From: a virus
Lineage: Duplodnaviria > Caudoviricetes
Reading direction: 5' to 3' (one strand)
Virus record (IMG/VR): IMGVR_UViG_3300044674_001416
Span: 1-25,785 of that record
DNA: 25,785 nucleotides
Positions 1-8,498 of this stretch are shown here, piece by piece; within the stretch, counting starts at the first letter, position 1, and the number at the start of each line of letters is the position of its first letter. The notes below the pieces were generated by a model. The model had not been told where the DNA came from. It was given only the letters and a program-made list of their open reading frames with translations, and searched no databases. The position numbers and the translations under genes are program-made.

Positions 1-164
1 CTGTATGATCCTGTGAGATACCAACAGACAGATTCAGGTTCCTTGGCGTGGTATGCCAGTTCCCTGATGGCCAAGGTTGTTTTCCCCCAACGCCTGCCAC
101 ACGCCAAAACGCGGAATCTTGCCTTTGACTTGGCCACTTCTGATTGTGGTACTGATAATTTCAT
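1..164 (-). CDS. terL: Terminase large subunit, N-terminal fragment (runs off window; not in supplied ORF track)
   Basis: Manual translation from ATG at 164: MKLSVPQSEVAKSKARFRVLACGRRWGKTTLAIRELAYHAKEPESVCWYLTGSY. It has a PQ adenine-binding motif and the GRRxGKT Walker A typical of terminase ATPases. TAATG overlap with the upstream stop. Confidence 0.93.
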   Translation of the reverse strand, partial: MKLSVPQSEVAKSKARFRVLACGRRWGKTTLAIRELAYHAKEPESVCWYLTGSY

Positions 165-889
165 TAGTATCTATGTTCCTCCAATATGATGTCAAAGATC
201 GCTCCGCCCTCTGTGGTGGCGTCCGCCTTACATCTAATTTCAAAATCTGTTTTCTGATCAAACTTCAATGGCACAGGGTATTCATACTCAACAGGACCTG
301 AACTGGTGATCCATTGTCCCTTGTTCTGGAACACACCACCAAATGGTCTCGCCATCCCCCTGAAGATGGCCTGTTTGTCCTTGCCCACAGATCCCTGGAA
401 CTTGATGATGTATGCCCTCTTGTTCCTTGGCACTGTGTACACCGCCATCAATGTCTGGTTGTTGCCCAATGTTATCTGGGCGTATGTTGTGCCACCATTG
501 GCTATTGTGATGTTGCCTGTTGGTGCCTGTGAGCCCACTATGTAGGCCCTGAAAACTCTCAAAAATTCTGTTGTGGTTGTGGCTGTGCCTGAACCCGCCA
601 AGGTCACTGTCTGGTTGACTTGATCATAGTTGGTGTCAAGCCCTTCAACATTCACCTGTACTCCATTGTCTGTGCCACCACCCGCTGATGTCAATGTCAT
701 AGCCAATGCTGAACCTGGGTAGGCATAGATCGCCCCACCATCCCACACAGTCTCATATGCTGTTGACAGTGCTGAGTTGTATCCAAACTTGTTGATGTGT
801 GATAGGTCATTCCAGTCACCCCTTGCTATGTGAAGGTTCTTTGGTGCCTGTCTGTTCTGCGAGTTTGTGTTGTCTAAATCAAATCCCAT
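164..889 (-). CDS. Hypothetical beta-rich protein, possibly virion-associated, inserted between terS and terL
   Basis: 241 aa, G/T-rich; IARG...HINKFGYN...ETVW N-terminus resembles a family I recall from aquatic phages; TAATG-coupled to both neighbours. Confidence 0.7.
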   Translation of the reverse strand: MGFDLDNTNSQNRQAPKNLHIARGDWNDLSHINKFGYNSALSTAYETVWDGGAIYAYPGSALAMTLTSAGGGTDNGVQVNVEGLDTNYDQVNQTVTLAGSGTATTTTEFLRVFRAYIVGSQAPTGNITIANGGTTYAQITLGNNQTLMAVYTVPRNKRAYIIKFQGSVGKDKQAIFRGMARPFGGVFQNKGQWITSSGPVEYEYPVPLKFDQKTDFEIRCKADATTEGGAIFDIILEEHRY

Positions 890-1227
890 TATGCTTCTTC
901 ATCCCAAGGTAAAGGTTTGTTGTCCTCAGTCTGCTCACCATTGTCTGACTGACCAAGGTAATTCTTTCCAAGGAACATTAGTAATCTTGTGTCTCCAGCC
1001 AAGGCCTTCTCCCACTGTGCCTTCCTCAGTGACTTCTTGCCAGCGGCCCTGCCCAGTTCCACTATCTTCTTGTATTTCTTCTGTATGGCTGTGCCTGTGA
1101 CTCCAAACACACCACCTATCTCATCATAGGAACACATAAGGCAGGCCATCCTGTACACCATATCCTTGTCTATGGCCTTCCTCTTGAATGTGGGTTTGAA
1201 TTCTTCTTGTCTGTTCTCTGTTTCCAT
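889..1227 (-). CDS. terS: Terminase small subunit (HTH type)
   Basis: 112 aa; HTH-like SYDEIGGVFGVTGTAIQKK; C-terminal QWEKALAGDTRLLMFLGKNYLGQSD motif typical of small terminases; lies upstream of terL. Confidence 0.8.
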   Translation of the reverse strand: METENRQEEFKPTFKRKAIDKDMVYRMACLMCSYDEIGGVFGVTGTAIQKKYKKIVELGRAAGKKSLRKAQWEKALAGDTRLLMFLGKNYLGQSDNGEQTEDNKPLPWDEEA

Positions 1228-1577
1228 TATATCAAGTTTCTTTCTTTCACCACTACCTTGAAGTGTCTGGTGTCAACATCACCTCCATCTGTTGTGATCT
1301 GACAGGCTATGTCATAGACATTGCCATCTGAGCCACCTTCCACCCTAATCCTCACCTTTGTATCAGATATGATTGTGACATCTGTCGCGGCGTCTGTTGG
1401 ATGTTGTAGTGGTGAAGAATCCCCTGTGATGGTTTCAATTGTGATGGTAGTTGATGATATTATTGTGTTGGTTGGTAGATACTGGCTCCAATCCAGTGTG
1501 TATGCCACATTGGCTGTTGGGTCCTTCTCTATGCTGATGCCTTGTTGGTTTTTAAAAAATCCTGTTGTGTTCGCCAT
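1227..1577 (-). CDS. Putative fibre-attachment/adaptor protein (Ig-like)
   Basis: KDP...YTLDW..YL...GG.DG.VY....QITT.GG...R.F.V.V pattern that I recall from phage fibre-tail adaptor proteins; located in the fibre module. Confidence 0.6.
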   Translation of the reverse strand: MANTTGFFKNQQGISIEKDPTANVAYTLDWSQYLPTNTIISSTTITIETITGDSSPLQHPTDAATDVTIISDTKVRIRVEGGSDGNVYDIACQITTDGGDVDTRHFKVVVKERNLI

Positions 1578-1580
1578 ATC

Positions 1581-2612
1581 CTATACTTCAAACTCCAATT
1601 CTCTGGTTTCCTGAGGTATTATGACCTCTCTGGTTTCTTGTGTGATTGTATTTACTCTTGTTTCCTCTGGTATTAACAATGTGTATCTTGGGTTGTCCCT
1701 GATCACGCCCGCTCCAACCAATAGATCCAATGATCCACCAAAGATTGATATACCTGTTGGCACCGCTGACGCCACCACTGTGACATCCGCCAGTTCTATG
1801 TCAGCACTGGCTGACGCTGTCCTGTTGGCACCCGCGAATATGTTGGTTGATGCTGTGATGCTGGCATTGATTGTGCCCGCCTGTATCTCATCTGGATCAC
1901 AGTTCACATTGACTGTGGCGGCGATGCTGGCCTCACCTGGTTTCTCACCTCCACCAATGGCCACAATGCTCAGGCTACTGGATATTATGATGTCAGCCAC
2001 AAAGTCAGCGTTGGCTGTCATATTCACTGTGCCTGCTATGCTGGAATCAATCACAGCATCCGCTGTCACTGTGCTTGGTGTGGAGAACTCAAAGTAGTCC
2101 GCGGAGTCCTCAACATAGTTGTTGAACTCCACATAGTTTGGTCCAGTCCTGACCTCGCTGGCAATGATCACCTCTGCCTGTCTGAGTTCAAAGGCCTCCG
2201 CTGTCAGCGTCACTGTGGATGACAGTATGGATTCAGACGCTGTCTGCTCTACTGTGGCATCTACTGTGTTCTGGAAGTAGTTGTTGGTGATGTAGTTGGT
2301 GTTGTCAAGGTACCTCTCCTGACCAACCACCGCTGTGATTGGCACTGAAACATCAGCATCCACATTGGTTGTGATGAATGTGTCTGTGGTGCCCCTAAAG
2401 TAGCCTGGCTTGATGTAGTCCTGTGTGTCAAAGTAGGACTGCTCACCAATGGTGGTGACAATGTCCAGGTCAGCATAACCAACATCCCACTGTTGTGCCT
2501 CAAAGGTGTGCCTGGTGTAGCCAAGGCTCACATATTGGTCAACAAAGTAGGTCTCCTGACCAATGGCCAGGTTGTGCTCAATGGTTTTTACTGATGCTTG
2601 GACAATGGCCAT
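1581..2612 (-). CDS. Acidic, repeat-containing putative fibre/appendage protein
   Basis: 343 aa, A/S/T/I/V-rich; four Tyr-rich repeats in the N-terminal half; C-terminal IPEETR/ITQETR/IPQETR repeats; AGGAGG RBS. Confidence 0.65.
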   Translation of the reverse strand: MAIVQASVKTIEHNLAIGQETYFVDQYVSLGYTRHTFEAQQWDVGYADLDIVTTIGEQSYFDTQDYIKPGYFRGTTDTFITTNVDADVSVPITAVVGQERYLDNTNYITNNYFQNTVDATVEQTASESILSSTVTLTAEAFELRQAEVIIASEVRTGPNYVEFNNYVEDSADYFEFSTPSTVTADAVIDSSIAGTVNMTANADFVADIIISSSLSIVAIGGGEKPGEASIAATVNVNCDPDEIQAGTINASITASTNIFAGANRTASASADIELADVTVVASAVPTGISIFGGSLDLLVGAGVIRDNPRYTLLIPEETRVNTITQETREVIIPQETRELEFEV

Positions 2613-2638
2613 CTATTACCTCCTGGTATAGACAGCGA

Positions 2639-3031
2639 TTAGTCTATAGAAATTTGTAGATTTCCAATTGCTATGTTCAGTTGATCCCCATCACTTATTG
2701 TTTTTGCTGTGGTAAGATCTCCATACGCGATCTGATTCCCACCTGATGCCGCGTCATATATCGCGATGGCTGTGATCACACCGTGATCTCCACCTGATGC
2801 CGCTGGGAATGTTATCGCTGTGGTGTTTGAGATTGTGCCTGAACTGGCAGATCCCATCTTTGAAGATATCTCTACCCTGGCGTATCCATTGCCAGAAACT
2901 TCTGTTGGCACTGAATCATCAGTGATTGAGTTGTTGAAATAGCCAATGTATGCTGTTGGCGATGTGTATGCTGTGTTCTTGAACAGGTGATCAAGCACCT
3001 TGTTCTCAGCGTAGTTTGACAAATTTGCCAT
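2639..3031 (-). CDS. Small tail/neck fibre-type structural protein
   Basis: SNYAENKVLDH...EVSGNGYARV...ITFPAA...IYDAASGGN...YGDL...KTI..GD pattern of a widespread ~130 aa phage fibre family; GGAAGG RBS. Confidence 0.75.
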   Translation of the reverse strand: MANLSNYAENKVLDHLFKNTAYTSPTAYIGYFNNSITDDSVPTEVSGNGYARVEISSKMGSASSGTISNTTAITFPAASGGDHGVITAIAIYDAASGGNQIAYGDLTTAKTISDGDQLNIAIGNLQISID

Positions 3032-3080
3032 ATGGTGATTTCCTTCCTTTAAATTTAAAGTTTGTTTGTTATAACAAGTT

Positions 3081-3086
3081 TATTTA
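3081..3086 (-). promoter_or_regulatory. TAAATA box, putative late promoter
   Basis: TATTTA on + in the intergenic gap, oriented toward gene 3031 and the terS/terL run. Confidence 0.55.
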
Positions 3087-3116
3087 ACCAAGATCCCTGT
3101 TTGAAATATACAAACA

Positions 3117-3713
3117 CTAAGATCCAAATTCATATCCAAACAGATCTATGTCAGTGTGCCATATTTCACTGACCCTATCAATCATCTGTTGGGTGTATCT
3201 CTGTGTGTAGTGTGTCTTGTCCTGTTTGGAGTTGATGTGTGGCAATGGTGTGTACTTGATGTTGAACTGTGCCAGGTATTGACTCAATCCCTGTGCCAAC
3301 TGTTCAAATCTTATTGTGTGTGTCTTGGCATCCACAAACTGATGTTGTGTCTGGTTGGCCCAACACTTGTCAAGTTTGTTTAGTTTGTGCCGCTTGAAGG
3401 TGAATACCCTGTGTGAATGTTCCATCACAAATGCCTCAAACCCCTCATCCAATATTGGCATCAGCAGGAGTGGATCCTTGTTCAAGGTAAGATACCGCCT
3501 GTGGTGTTCATAAAGGCTCAACAGCCTGTCCCAGGGGTTCCTGACCACTGCCACAGTGTGGTCCCTCCACGCTGGTGCCAATTGGTCAAACCTTGTGTGT
3601 GGATGTGCTGTGGTCTGGGTGCGATGGTGGTCACACAGCCATTTGGTCACTGACAGACCAGCACACTTGGGTATGTGTATGTAGGTGAAATTATCCTGTA
3701 CGCGGACAGCCAC
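3117..3713 (-). CDS. Sulfotransferase family 2-like protein
   Basis: 5'-PSB-like YIHIPKCAGLSV, 3'-PB-like VVRNPWDRLLSLY, IRFEQL, LPHIN and C-terminal DIDLFGY; GTG start overlaps the upstream stop. Confidence 0.85.
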   Translation of the reverse strand: MAVRVQDNFTYIHIPKCAGLSVTKWLCDHHRTQTTAHPHTRFDQLAPAWRDHTVAVVRNPWDRLLSLYEHHRRYLTLNKDPLLLMPILDEGFEAFVMEHSHRVFTFKRHKLNKLDKCWANQTQHQFVDAKTHTIRFEQLAQGLSQYLAQFNIKYTPLPHINSKQDKTHYTQRYTQQMIDRVSEIWHTDIDLFGYEFGS

Positions 3714-3871
3714 TACACTTCAGTGATGAAGTATCTACCAGTCAGGTTTGGATAGGTGTTGTCTGAGTCCAATTGCGACTTCTCTGACTCAGCCTCCGCC
3801 TGGGTTGATGCCACCCTGATGGTGTATTCTGTGTTGTCTGTGTCTGTTGCTTTGATCAAGTATTGTGCCAT
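3713..3871 (-). CDS. Small hypothetical protein, 52 aa (not in ORF track)
   Basis: MAQYLIKATDTDNTEYTIRVASTQAEAESEKSQLDSDNTYPNLTGRYFITEV*; AGGAG RBS; fills the gap between neighbours, TAG/GTG overlap downstream. Confidence 0.8.
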   Translation of the reverse strand: MAQYLIKATDTDNTEYTIRVASTQAEAESEKSQLDSDNTYPNLTGRYFITEV

Positions 3872-3879
3872 ATCTGCTC

Positions 3880-4614
3880 CTATGTGGTTGTGTCATCAGT
3901 GAATGTGGTTGAACCATCTGTGCCATCACAGTGTAGCAACATTGTGGTGTCAGCATCATTGCTGAACGCTGATGTTGGTGCTGTGAAGGTTGATGTGTAG
4001 CCTGCCCTGACCACATCGCTCATCCTTATCTCATCAAGGTGTCCATCAATGTCAGTTGCTGTGAACACAGTGCCTGTGTAGGATGCCCTACCAATCTCTA
4101 ACACATCTGTGGCGGTGCCTCCCAACCAATTGGTGTCATCCCTTGAAGTGACTGTGCCATTCACACTCATATATCTGTCTGTGCCATCCCACATACAAGC
4201 GATATGATACCAGGTGCCAGCACTGATGTTTCCAAAACCATCGCTGGAGTTGACATTGGCACTTACTCCACTGTCTGAGTTTGGATTCCACCAAGTCAAA
4301 CCGCCTGTTGAGTTCATATAAAGACCACCATCATTGGCACCTACACTGCTCTTACACCACCATATTGGTGTGAGTGTACCTATAGCGGTTGGCCTGAAGA
4401 ACATTTCAAAAGTGAAACTTCCTGTGCCCATCATATTTGAATCAAATGTCAGGTAGTCGCCTGTGCCATCAAACAGAGCACTGGCACTGCCAAACTTGGT
4501 CTGTGCTGTGTCTAACTGGGCATTGCCATTGGCTGTGACTGTGACAGCGTCCCTGGCTGGCACTGGTGCCGCTGTTGTTGTACCAATTATGCTTCTTCCA
4601 AATCCTAAAGGCAT
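3880..4614 (-). CDS. LamG/concanavalin-A-like jelly-roll protein (putative receptor-binding)
   Basis: KFGSASALFDGTGDYL, FTFEMFFRP, WYHIA, GHLDEIRMS, LLHCDG motifs typical of phage LamG-like domains. Confidence 0.85.
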   Translation of the reverse strand: MPLGFGRSIIGTTTAAPVPARDAVTVTANGNAQLDTAQTKFGSASALFDGTGDYLTFDSNMMGTGSFTFEMFFRPTAIGTLTPIWWCKSSVGANDGGLYMNSTGGLTWWNPNSDSGVSANVNSSDGFGNISAGTWYHIACMWDGTDRYMSVNGTVTSRDDTNWLGGTATDVLEIGRASYTGTVFTATDIDGHLDEIRMSDVVRAGYTSTFTAPTSAFSNDADTTMLLHCDGTDGSTTFTDDTTT

Positions 4615-4626
4615 CTGTGTTCCCCC

Positions 4627-5754
4627 TTAACTGAAGTTTTTGACAAGGTTTGCCCAATAGTTTGTGCCATCATACATCACAGTCAAGATGTCTGTGGTGT
4701 CTGTGGTGCTCAAAGTCTTAGATCCGCCCGCGAACAGCATAGTTGAACTAAGGGTCCTGCCTGTGCCATTGGTGTCAATGATCAGTGTAAGTGTCTGTCC
4801 AGCCACTGGATTGGTGAAAGCATTGAAAGTTAAATTGCCTGTGAGTGTAATTGTCCTAACATTGCCATCCGCCACATCTGGTGTGATGGTTGCGGCATAT
4901 GTCAGTGCTGTGATGTCCTCATCATACTGTAGGTTGCCTGCTTTGGTCTTGCCTGTGCCATTTGGTGCCAACACAATGTTGCCATTTGAAACAGAAACAA
5001 TTGAGTTGCCATTAACATCCAGATCGCCACCCAGTTGTGGTGTGGTGTCTGATACAACATCTGTGATGCCTGCTGATGTCACATAACCTGAGTCATTGGT
5101 CCACTGTGAGATGTTGCCTGATTTATTTGTCAAAGTATCTGTTGATGATGCTGTGATGTAGGTTGAGTCATTGGTCCACTGTGATATGTTGCCTGACTTG
5201 TTGGTGAATGTTAAAGTGTCTGATGCTATGTTGGCATCCTCCGCGTCCACATAGGCCTTGATGGCCTTGGCAGATGCCAAAGTGTCATCTGACGCTGAAA
5301 CTGTTGAAAGGTCAGTGTCCAACACTCCTGTCTTGAGGTCAGCCACATCAATGTTTGAGATTGAGTTGCCTGTGCCCTCAACATCAAATGTCTTGTTTGT
5401 GAGTGTGTCTGTGCTTGACGCTGTGATGTAAGAACCCAGGTCAGAGATGTCCGCTTCATTGATTGTGATTGTGTTGTTGGCTGTGTTGATTGTTTTGTTC
5501 TGTAGCGTGTCTGTGCTGGTGGCTGATATGCCTGTGCCAGTGATTGTAAGTGTCTGTCCTGATGCCGCTGTTGAAACTGTTCCTGAACCAGCGATGGTTA
5601 ATGTGTTGCCTGACTCAACATCAATCGCTGTTGATGTGTCATCCGCTATGGCTATACTTTGGTCCCTTAGGTTGGTAAGGTTGTTGTCCATCTCCGCTGT
5701 TGTCAGCGGTGAACCCTTGCCTGTCCTTGTGGTGATTGATGCTTTTGTTGGCAT
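4627..5754 (-). CDS. Tail fibre protein with TLTNK repeats
   Basis: N-terminal R..KGSPLT..EMDNN..NL; repeated TDTLTNK; DTTPQLGGDLDVNG; about a third S/T. Confidence 0.8.
   Translation of the reverse strand: MPTKASITTRTGKGSPLTTAEMDNNLTNLRDQSIAIADDTSTAIDVESGNTLTIAGSGTVSTAASGQTLTITGTGISATSTDTLQNKTINTANNTITINEADISDLGSYITASSTDTLTNKTFDVEGTGNSISNIDVADLKTGVLDTDLSTVSASDDTLASAKAIKAYVDAEDANIASDTLTFTNKSGNISQWTNDSTYITASSTDTLTNKSGNISQWTNDSGYVTSAGITDVVSDTTPQLGGDLDVNGNSIVSVSNGNIVLAPNGTGKTKAGNLQYDEDITALTYAATITPDVADGNVRTITLTGNLTFNAFTNPVAGQTLTLIIDTNGTGRTLSSTMLFAGGSKTLSTTDTTDILTVMYDGTNYWANLVKNFS
5089..5202. repeat. 75-bp-period direct repeat inside the fibre gene
   Basis: TGAGTCATTGGTCCACTGTGA..TGTTGCCTGA at 5089 and 5164, encoding TNKSGNISQWTNDS twice. 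Confidence 0.85.
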
Positions 5755-5784
5755 AGTTCTAAATCCTTTGTGTTGTTTGAATAT

Positions 5785-5804
5785 TATTTATTCAAACTTA
5801 TTTA
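5785..5804 (-). promoter_or_regulatory. Two TAAATA boxes, putative late promoter(s) for the fibre operon
   Basis: TATTTA at 5785-5790 and 5799-5804, upstream of ATG 5754. Confidence 0.55.
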
Positions 5805-6110
5805 GTCCAGGATGTAGTTTGGTTCTATGCTGTCCTTGGTGTATTTGGTCTCTCGCCTGGTGTGGTGTTGTGATCGCTTCATTATCTTGACATTGTCAGC
5901 ACTCCAGGCCTGTGTGGGATCTCGCCTCACCATTGTGTAGTGGTGCCTCAACCTGCCCATCTCATCCTGCTTGCCTGACGCCTGCCACACAGCACGCCAA
6001 CTCTCATAGGTGAACTCATAGGGCTCGCCCCTGTGCTTGGCCTGTGCCTTGTGCCTCAGCCACCTCAACCTCATCTTGTTCTTCATCAGGGGGTGTCGCT
6101 TGTCTGTCAT
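5802..6110 (-). CDS. Degenerate His-Me/HNH-like protein, paralogue A
   Basis: Probable start MTDK at 6110 (ATGA overlap). KAQAKHRG..Y.FTYESW...W...G...Y.MVRRD....WS.DNV; aligns by eye with 6728-7216. Confidence 0.65.
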   Translation of the reverse strand: MTDKRHPLMKNKMRLRWLRHKAQAKHRGEPYEFTYESWRAVWQASGKQDEMGRLRHHYTMVRRDPTQAWSADNVKIMKRSQHHTRRETKYTKDSIEPNYILD

Positions 6111-6664
6111 TTGGTGAATGGTTCCACTATCTCCACAGCCATCCTTGCCACCTTCCATATCTGTGTCTTGAACCTGTGGCTCTTGCCCTTGAACCCTTCA
6201 CTCATCACTGTGTCCCACTTGTCTGACTCTGTTGCCGCCAGTAGGTCCAACAGTGCTGTCTGGCAAAGGCTCTTGTTCCATACCTTGTGCTCATAGCCAT
6301 CCTTCAACAGTTGTGCCACAGCACCTATCAGGCTCTGCCATTGTGACTTGTCCGCTCGCCTCAGGATGTGCCATAGGTCCTCATCATCATTCTTGATTGG
6401 ATGTGTGTCCCAGTAGTCCTTCAACTCTTTTATCAGTTGTGCCCCTGCGGTGTACTTGTCTTCTTGTTCCGCGGTGATGGACTCCTTGACCCTTTTGATC
6501 CAACTGCTCTCATTACAGTTGATGATGTCCTCCTTGTCTGACACAGCCATCTGCTCGCCTGTCTCTGAATCCCTCAGGTCTCCATAGTGCCTCAGTGCCA
6601 TCTTGGCTGATTGTAGGATCAGTTGTTCAATCCATTCACCTGTGTTGGTTGTTTTGTCTGCCAT
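6107..6664 (-). CDS. Hypothetical helical protein
   Basis: 185 aa, AAGGAG RBS, own promoter; no motif recognised. Confidence 0.8.
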   Translation of the reverse strand: MADKTTNTGEWIEQLILQSAKMALRHYGDLRDSETGEQMAVSDKEDIINCNESSWIKRVKESITAEQEDKYTAGAQLIKELKDYWDTHPIKNDDEDLWHILRRADKSQWQSLIGAVAQLLKDGYEHKVWNKSLCQTALLDLLAATESDKWDTVMSEGFKGKSHRFKTQIWKVARMAVEIVEPFTK

Positions 6665-6693
6665 TGTTTTCTCCTTGTTAAATTTTATTTACT

Positions 6694-6722
6694 ATTTTAT
6701 TTATTAAAACTCTAAAAGTCAA
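6694..6722 (-). promoter_or_regulatory. sigma70-type promoter overlapping two TAAATA boxes
   Basis: TTGACT-17 bp-TAAAAT; TAAATA at 6686-6691 and 6698-6703. Confidence 0.65.
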
Positions 6723-6727
6723 CAGTT

Positions 6728-7216
6728 TTATTTGGCACGCCAGTGGTGTGTGCCCTTGCCCAGTCCCTTGGGCCTGATCCTGTGTTTGCCTTTGGTGGGT
6801 CTGTTCATTGCCGCCAAACGCTCCCTGACCTCAACATTGCCTGGTGTCCAACCCTCAGTGGTGTCACGCCTTACCAGGTTGAGGCTGTCACCTCGCCTGC
6901 CCAATTGGTCCGCGTGGTCCAACAGGATGTCCCTGTAGGTGTCCCAACTGAGATCCCACTCCTGTGACCAAAACTTGGCCTGGTTCTTGGCCAATAACCA
7001 TCTACGCCTCAACTGTCTCACCACTGGGTCTGGTCCTGTGATCCACTGATCAGGTCTTGGTCCCTGACCCTTGCCCTTGCGGATCTCACTCCTGTGGCGT
7101 CGCTGTTCCGCTGTGAGTTCAATCTTGTACCTGAGCCCTGTGTTCCAACTGAGGCCCTGTGCCAGGTTCCGCTTGATCTGTGTGTGGTGCTTGTCTGTGA
7201 GTATGGGTCTGGTCAT
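6728..7216 (-). CDS. Degenerate His-Me/HNH-like basic protein, paralogue B (possibly leaderless)
   Basis: KNQAKFWSQEWDLSWDTY...GRRGDSLNLVRRDTTEGWTPGNV; no RBS; TAAATA at 7223-7228 is 6 nt before the ATG. Confidence 0.7.
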   Translation of the reverse strand: MTRPILTDKHHTQIKRNLAQGLSWNTGLRYKIELTAEQRRHRSEIRKGKGQGPRPDQWITGPDPVVRQLRRRWLLAKNQAKFWSQEWDLSWDTYRDILLDHADQLGRRGDSLNLVRRDTTEGWTPGNVEVRERLAAMNRPTKGKHRIRPKGLGKGTHHWRAK

Positions 7217-7239
7217 ATTGGATATTTATTGATTGGCTC

Positions 7240-8031
7240 CTATGCCTCCACTTTCAACAGACCACGCTCTGCCAGGTATTGCTGTGTGATGCTTTCACAA
7301 TCCTGTGTGTATTGATTAATCTGAGTTCGCTCTGGTGAGAAGCCCAACTTCTGGTGTGTCAATTTGTTGATGTTTCTACAGTGAAATCTCGCCAATGACA
7401 TCTCCTGTGGATAGTTGAACTGTACTGGAGATACCTTTTGTTCTTCAGTGCTCAAGTAAACCAGCGAATTATCCGCCGCCGCCTGTCCCATCATCAGGTG
7501 TAATGATCTGAAACCAACCCTGCTCCAGTAGGCCTGTTGCTTTGCGGTACTGATCCTTGCCCAACACAGGGTGATTAGTTTGTTGCCCTGTCTGATGCTT
7601 TCCTTATAAATCCTTTCTGCCACACCCCATCCTCTGTAGGCTGGCTTCACATACACATTTTCTATGAGACCTGTGACATCACCTTTTTTGTTGTTGGCCC
7701 TAAGGTTCATCACAAAGCCCACTGTGTGAGAACCAATCTTTGCCAGGTACCAGTGGTCCTGTTCTGTGAGGTTGGTGTCCCTCAATGGTGCCACATCATC
7801 TTTGCCATACTCATCAGCATAGGTGTTGTATAGGTCTGCCATCTCTGTTGTGATGTAGTCCAACCTCTCCAATCTGAAAGTGGCGTCCTCAATCTGTGTG
7901 AATGGGTATTTCTTCACCTGTTGCTTGGTGCCATATTTGGCCTCCAGGTATTGTTTCAGTGTTATGCCCTGTTTGTCAGCCTGCTTCTTCACATACAGTT
8001 GTCTGGCTGGTGATAGTTCATTGTATTTCAT
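7240..8031 (-). CDS. GNAT-family acetyltransferase with a short N-terminal helical extension
   Basis: Motif A IENVYVKPAYRGWGVAERIY and later YWSRVGF; probable start MKYN at 8031 after AAAAGGAG. Confidence 0.8.
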   Translation of the reverse strand: MKYNELSPARQLYVKKQADKQGITLKQYLEAKYGTKQQVKKYPFTQIEDATFRLERLDYITTEMADLYNTYADEYGKDDVAPLRDTNLTEQDHWYLAKIGSHTVGFVMNLRANNKKGDVTGLIENVYVKPAYRGWGVAERIYKESIRQGNKLITLCWARISTAKQQAYWSRVGFRSLHLMMGQAAADNSLVYLSTEEQKVSPVQFNYPQEMSLARFHCRNINKLTHQKLGFSPERTQINQYTQDCESITQQYLAERGLLKVEA

Positions 8032-8060
8032 CTGTGCTCCTTTTGTTGTGTTCATACTAT

Positions 8061-8089
8061 AGTATAACACAATTTAGGTTGTGTGTCAA
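8061..8089 (-). promoter_or_regulatory. sigma70 early promoter
   Basis: TTGACA-17-TATACT with extended TG. Confidence 0.85.
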
Positions 8090-8108
8090 CCACCAAAAAA
8101 GCCAGTGA

Positions 8109-8498
8109 TTATGCGACTTTTTTGCGGTATGATCTCAGATGCTGGGGTTCCGCGGTGCCATATTGGTTCAATCTACGCCTCACCGCCTCCTTGGATAGGC
8201 CCAATCTTGTGGCCATCTGCTGTAGGGTCTCGCCTGTCTTGTCTCGCCACCTGCTGGGCTTGGTGATCTTGGGTCTTTGTGTGTCCCTGACCCTGGGTTT
8301 GATGATTTCAGGCAGGTCCCGCCATTTGATCTTGTGCTGATTGACCTGTTCCTGCCACTCCCTTATGGTGTGGCCTGTGAGGTGTGTGTAGTTGCGGATG
8401 TATCTCTGGCCGCCCACAGCGGTGAGACCCCGCTGAATGTTCCGCTGTCGCCAGGCGTTGAGGTAAGCCCTCTGCCTTGCCTTGTCCTTGAATGCCAT
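8109..8498 (-). CDS. Basic protein with C-terminal helix-turn-helix
   Basis: GETLQQMATRLGLSKEAVRRRL HTH; AGGAG RBS. Confidence 0.75.
   Translation of the reverse strand: MAFKDKARQRAYLNAWRQRNIQRGLTAVGGQRYIRNYTHLTGHTIREWQEQVNQHKIKWRDLPEIIKPRVRDTQRPKITKPSRWRDKTGETLQQMATRLGLSKEAVRRRLNQYGTAEPQHLRSYRKKVA

Noticed and set aside
34-261. 75-aa ORF in the supplied track
   Set aside because: Wrong frame; the frame starting at 164 carries the terminase Walker A motif.
5089-5202. Diversity-generating retroelement TR/VR pair
   Set aside because: In-frame tandem repeat within one fibre gene; differences are not adenine-specific; no reverse transcriptase in the window.
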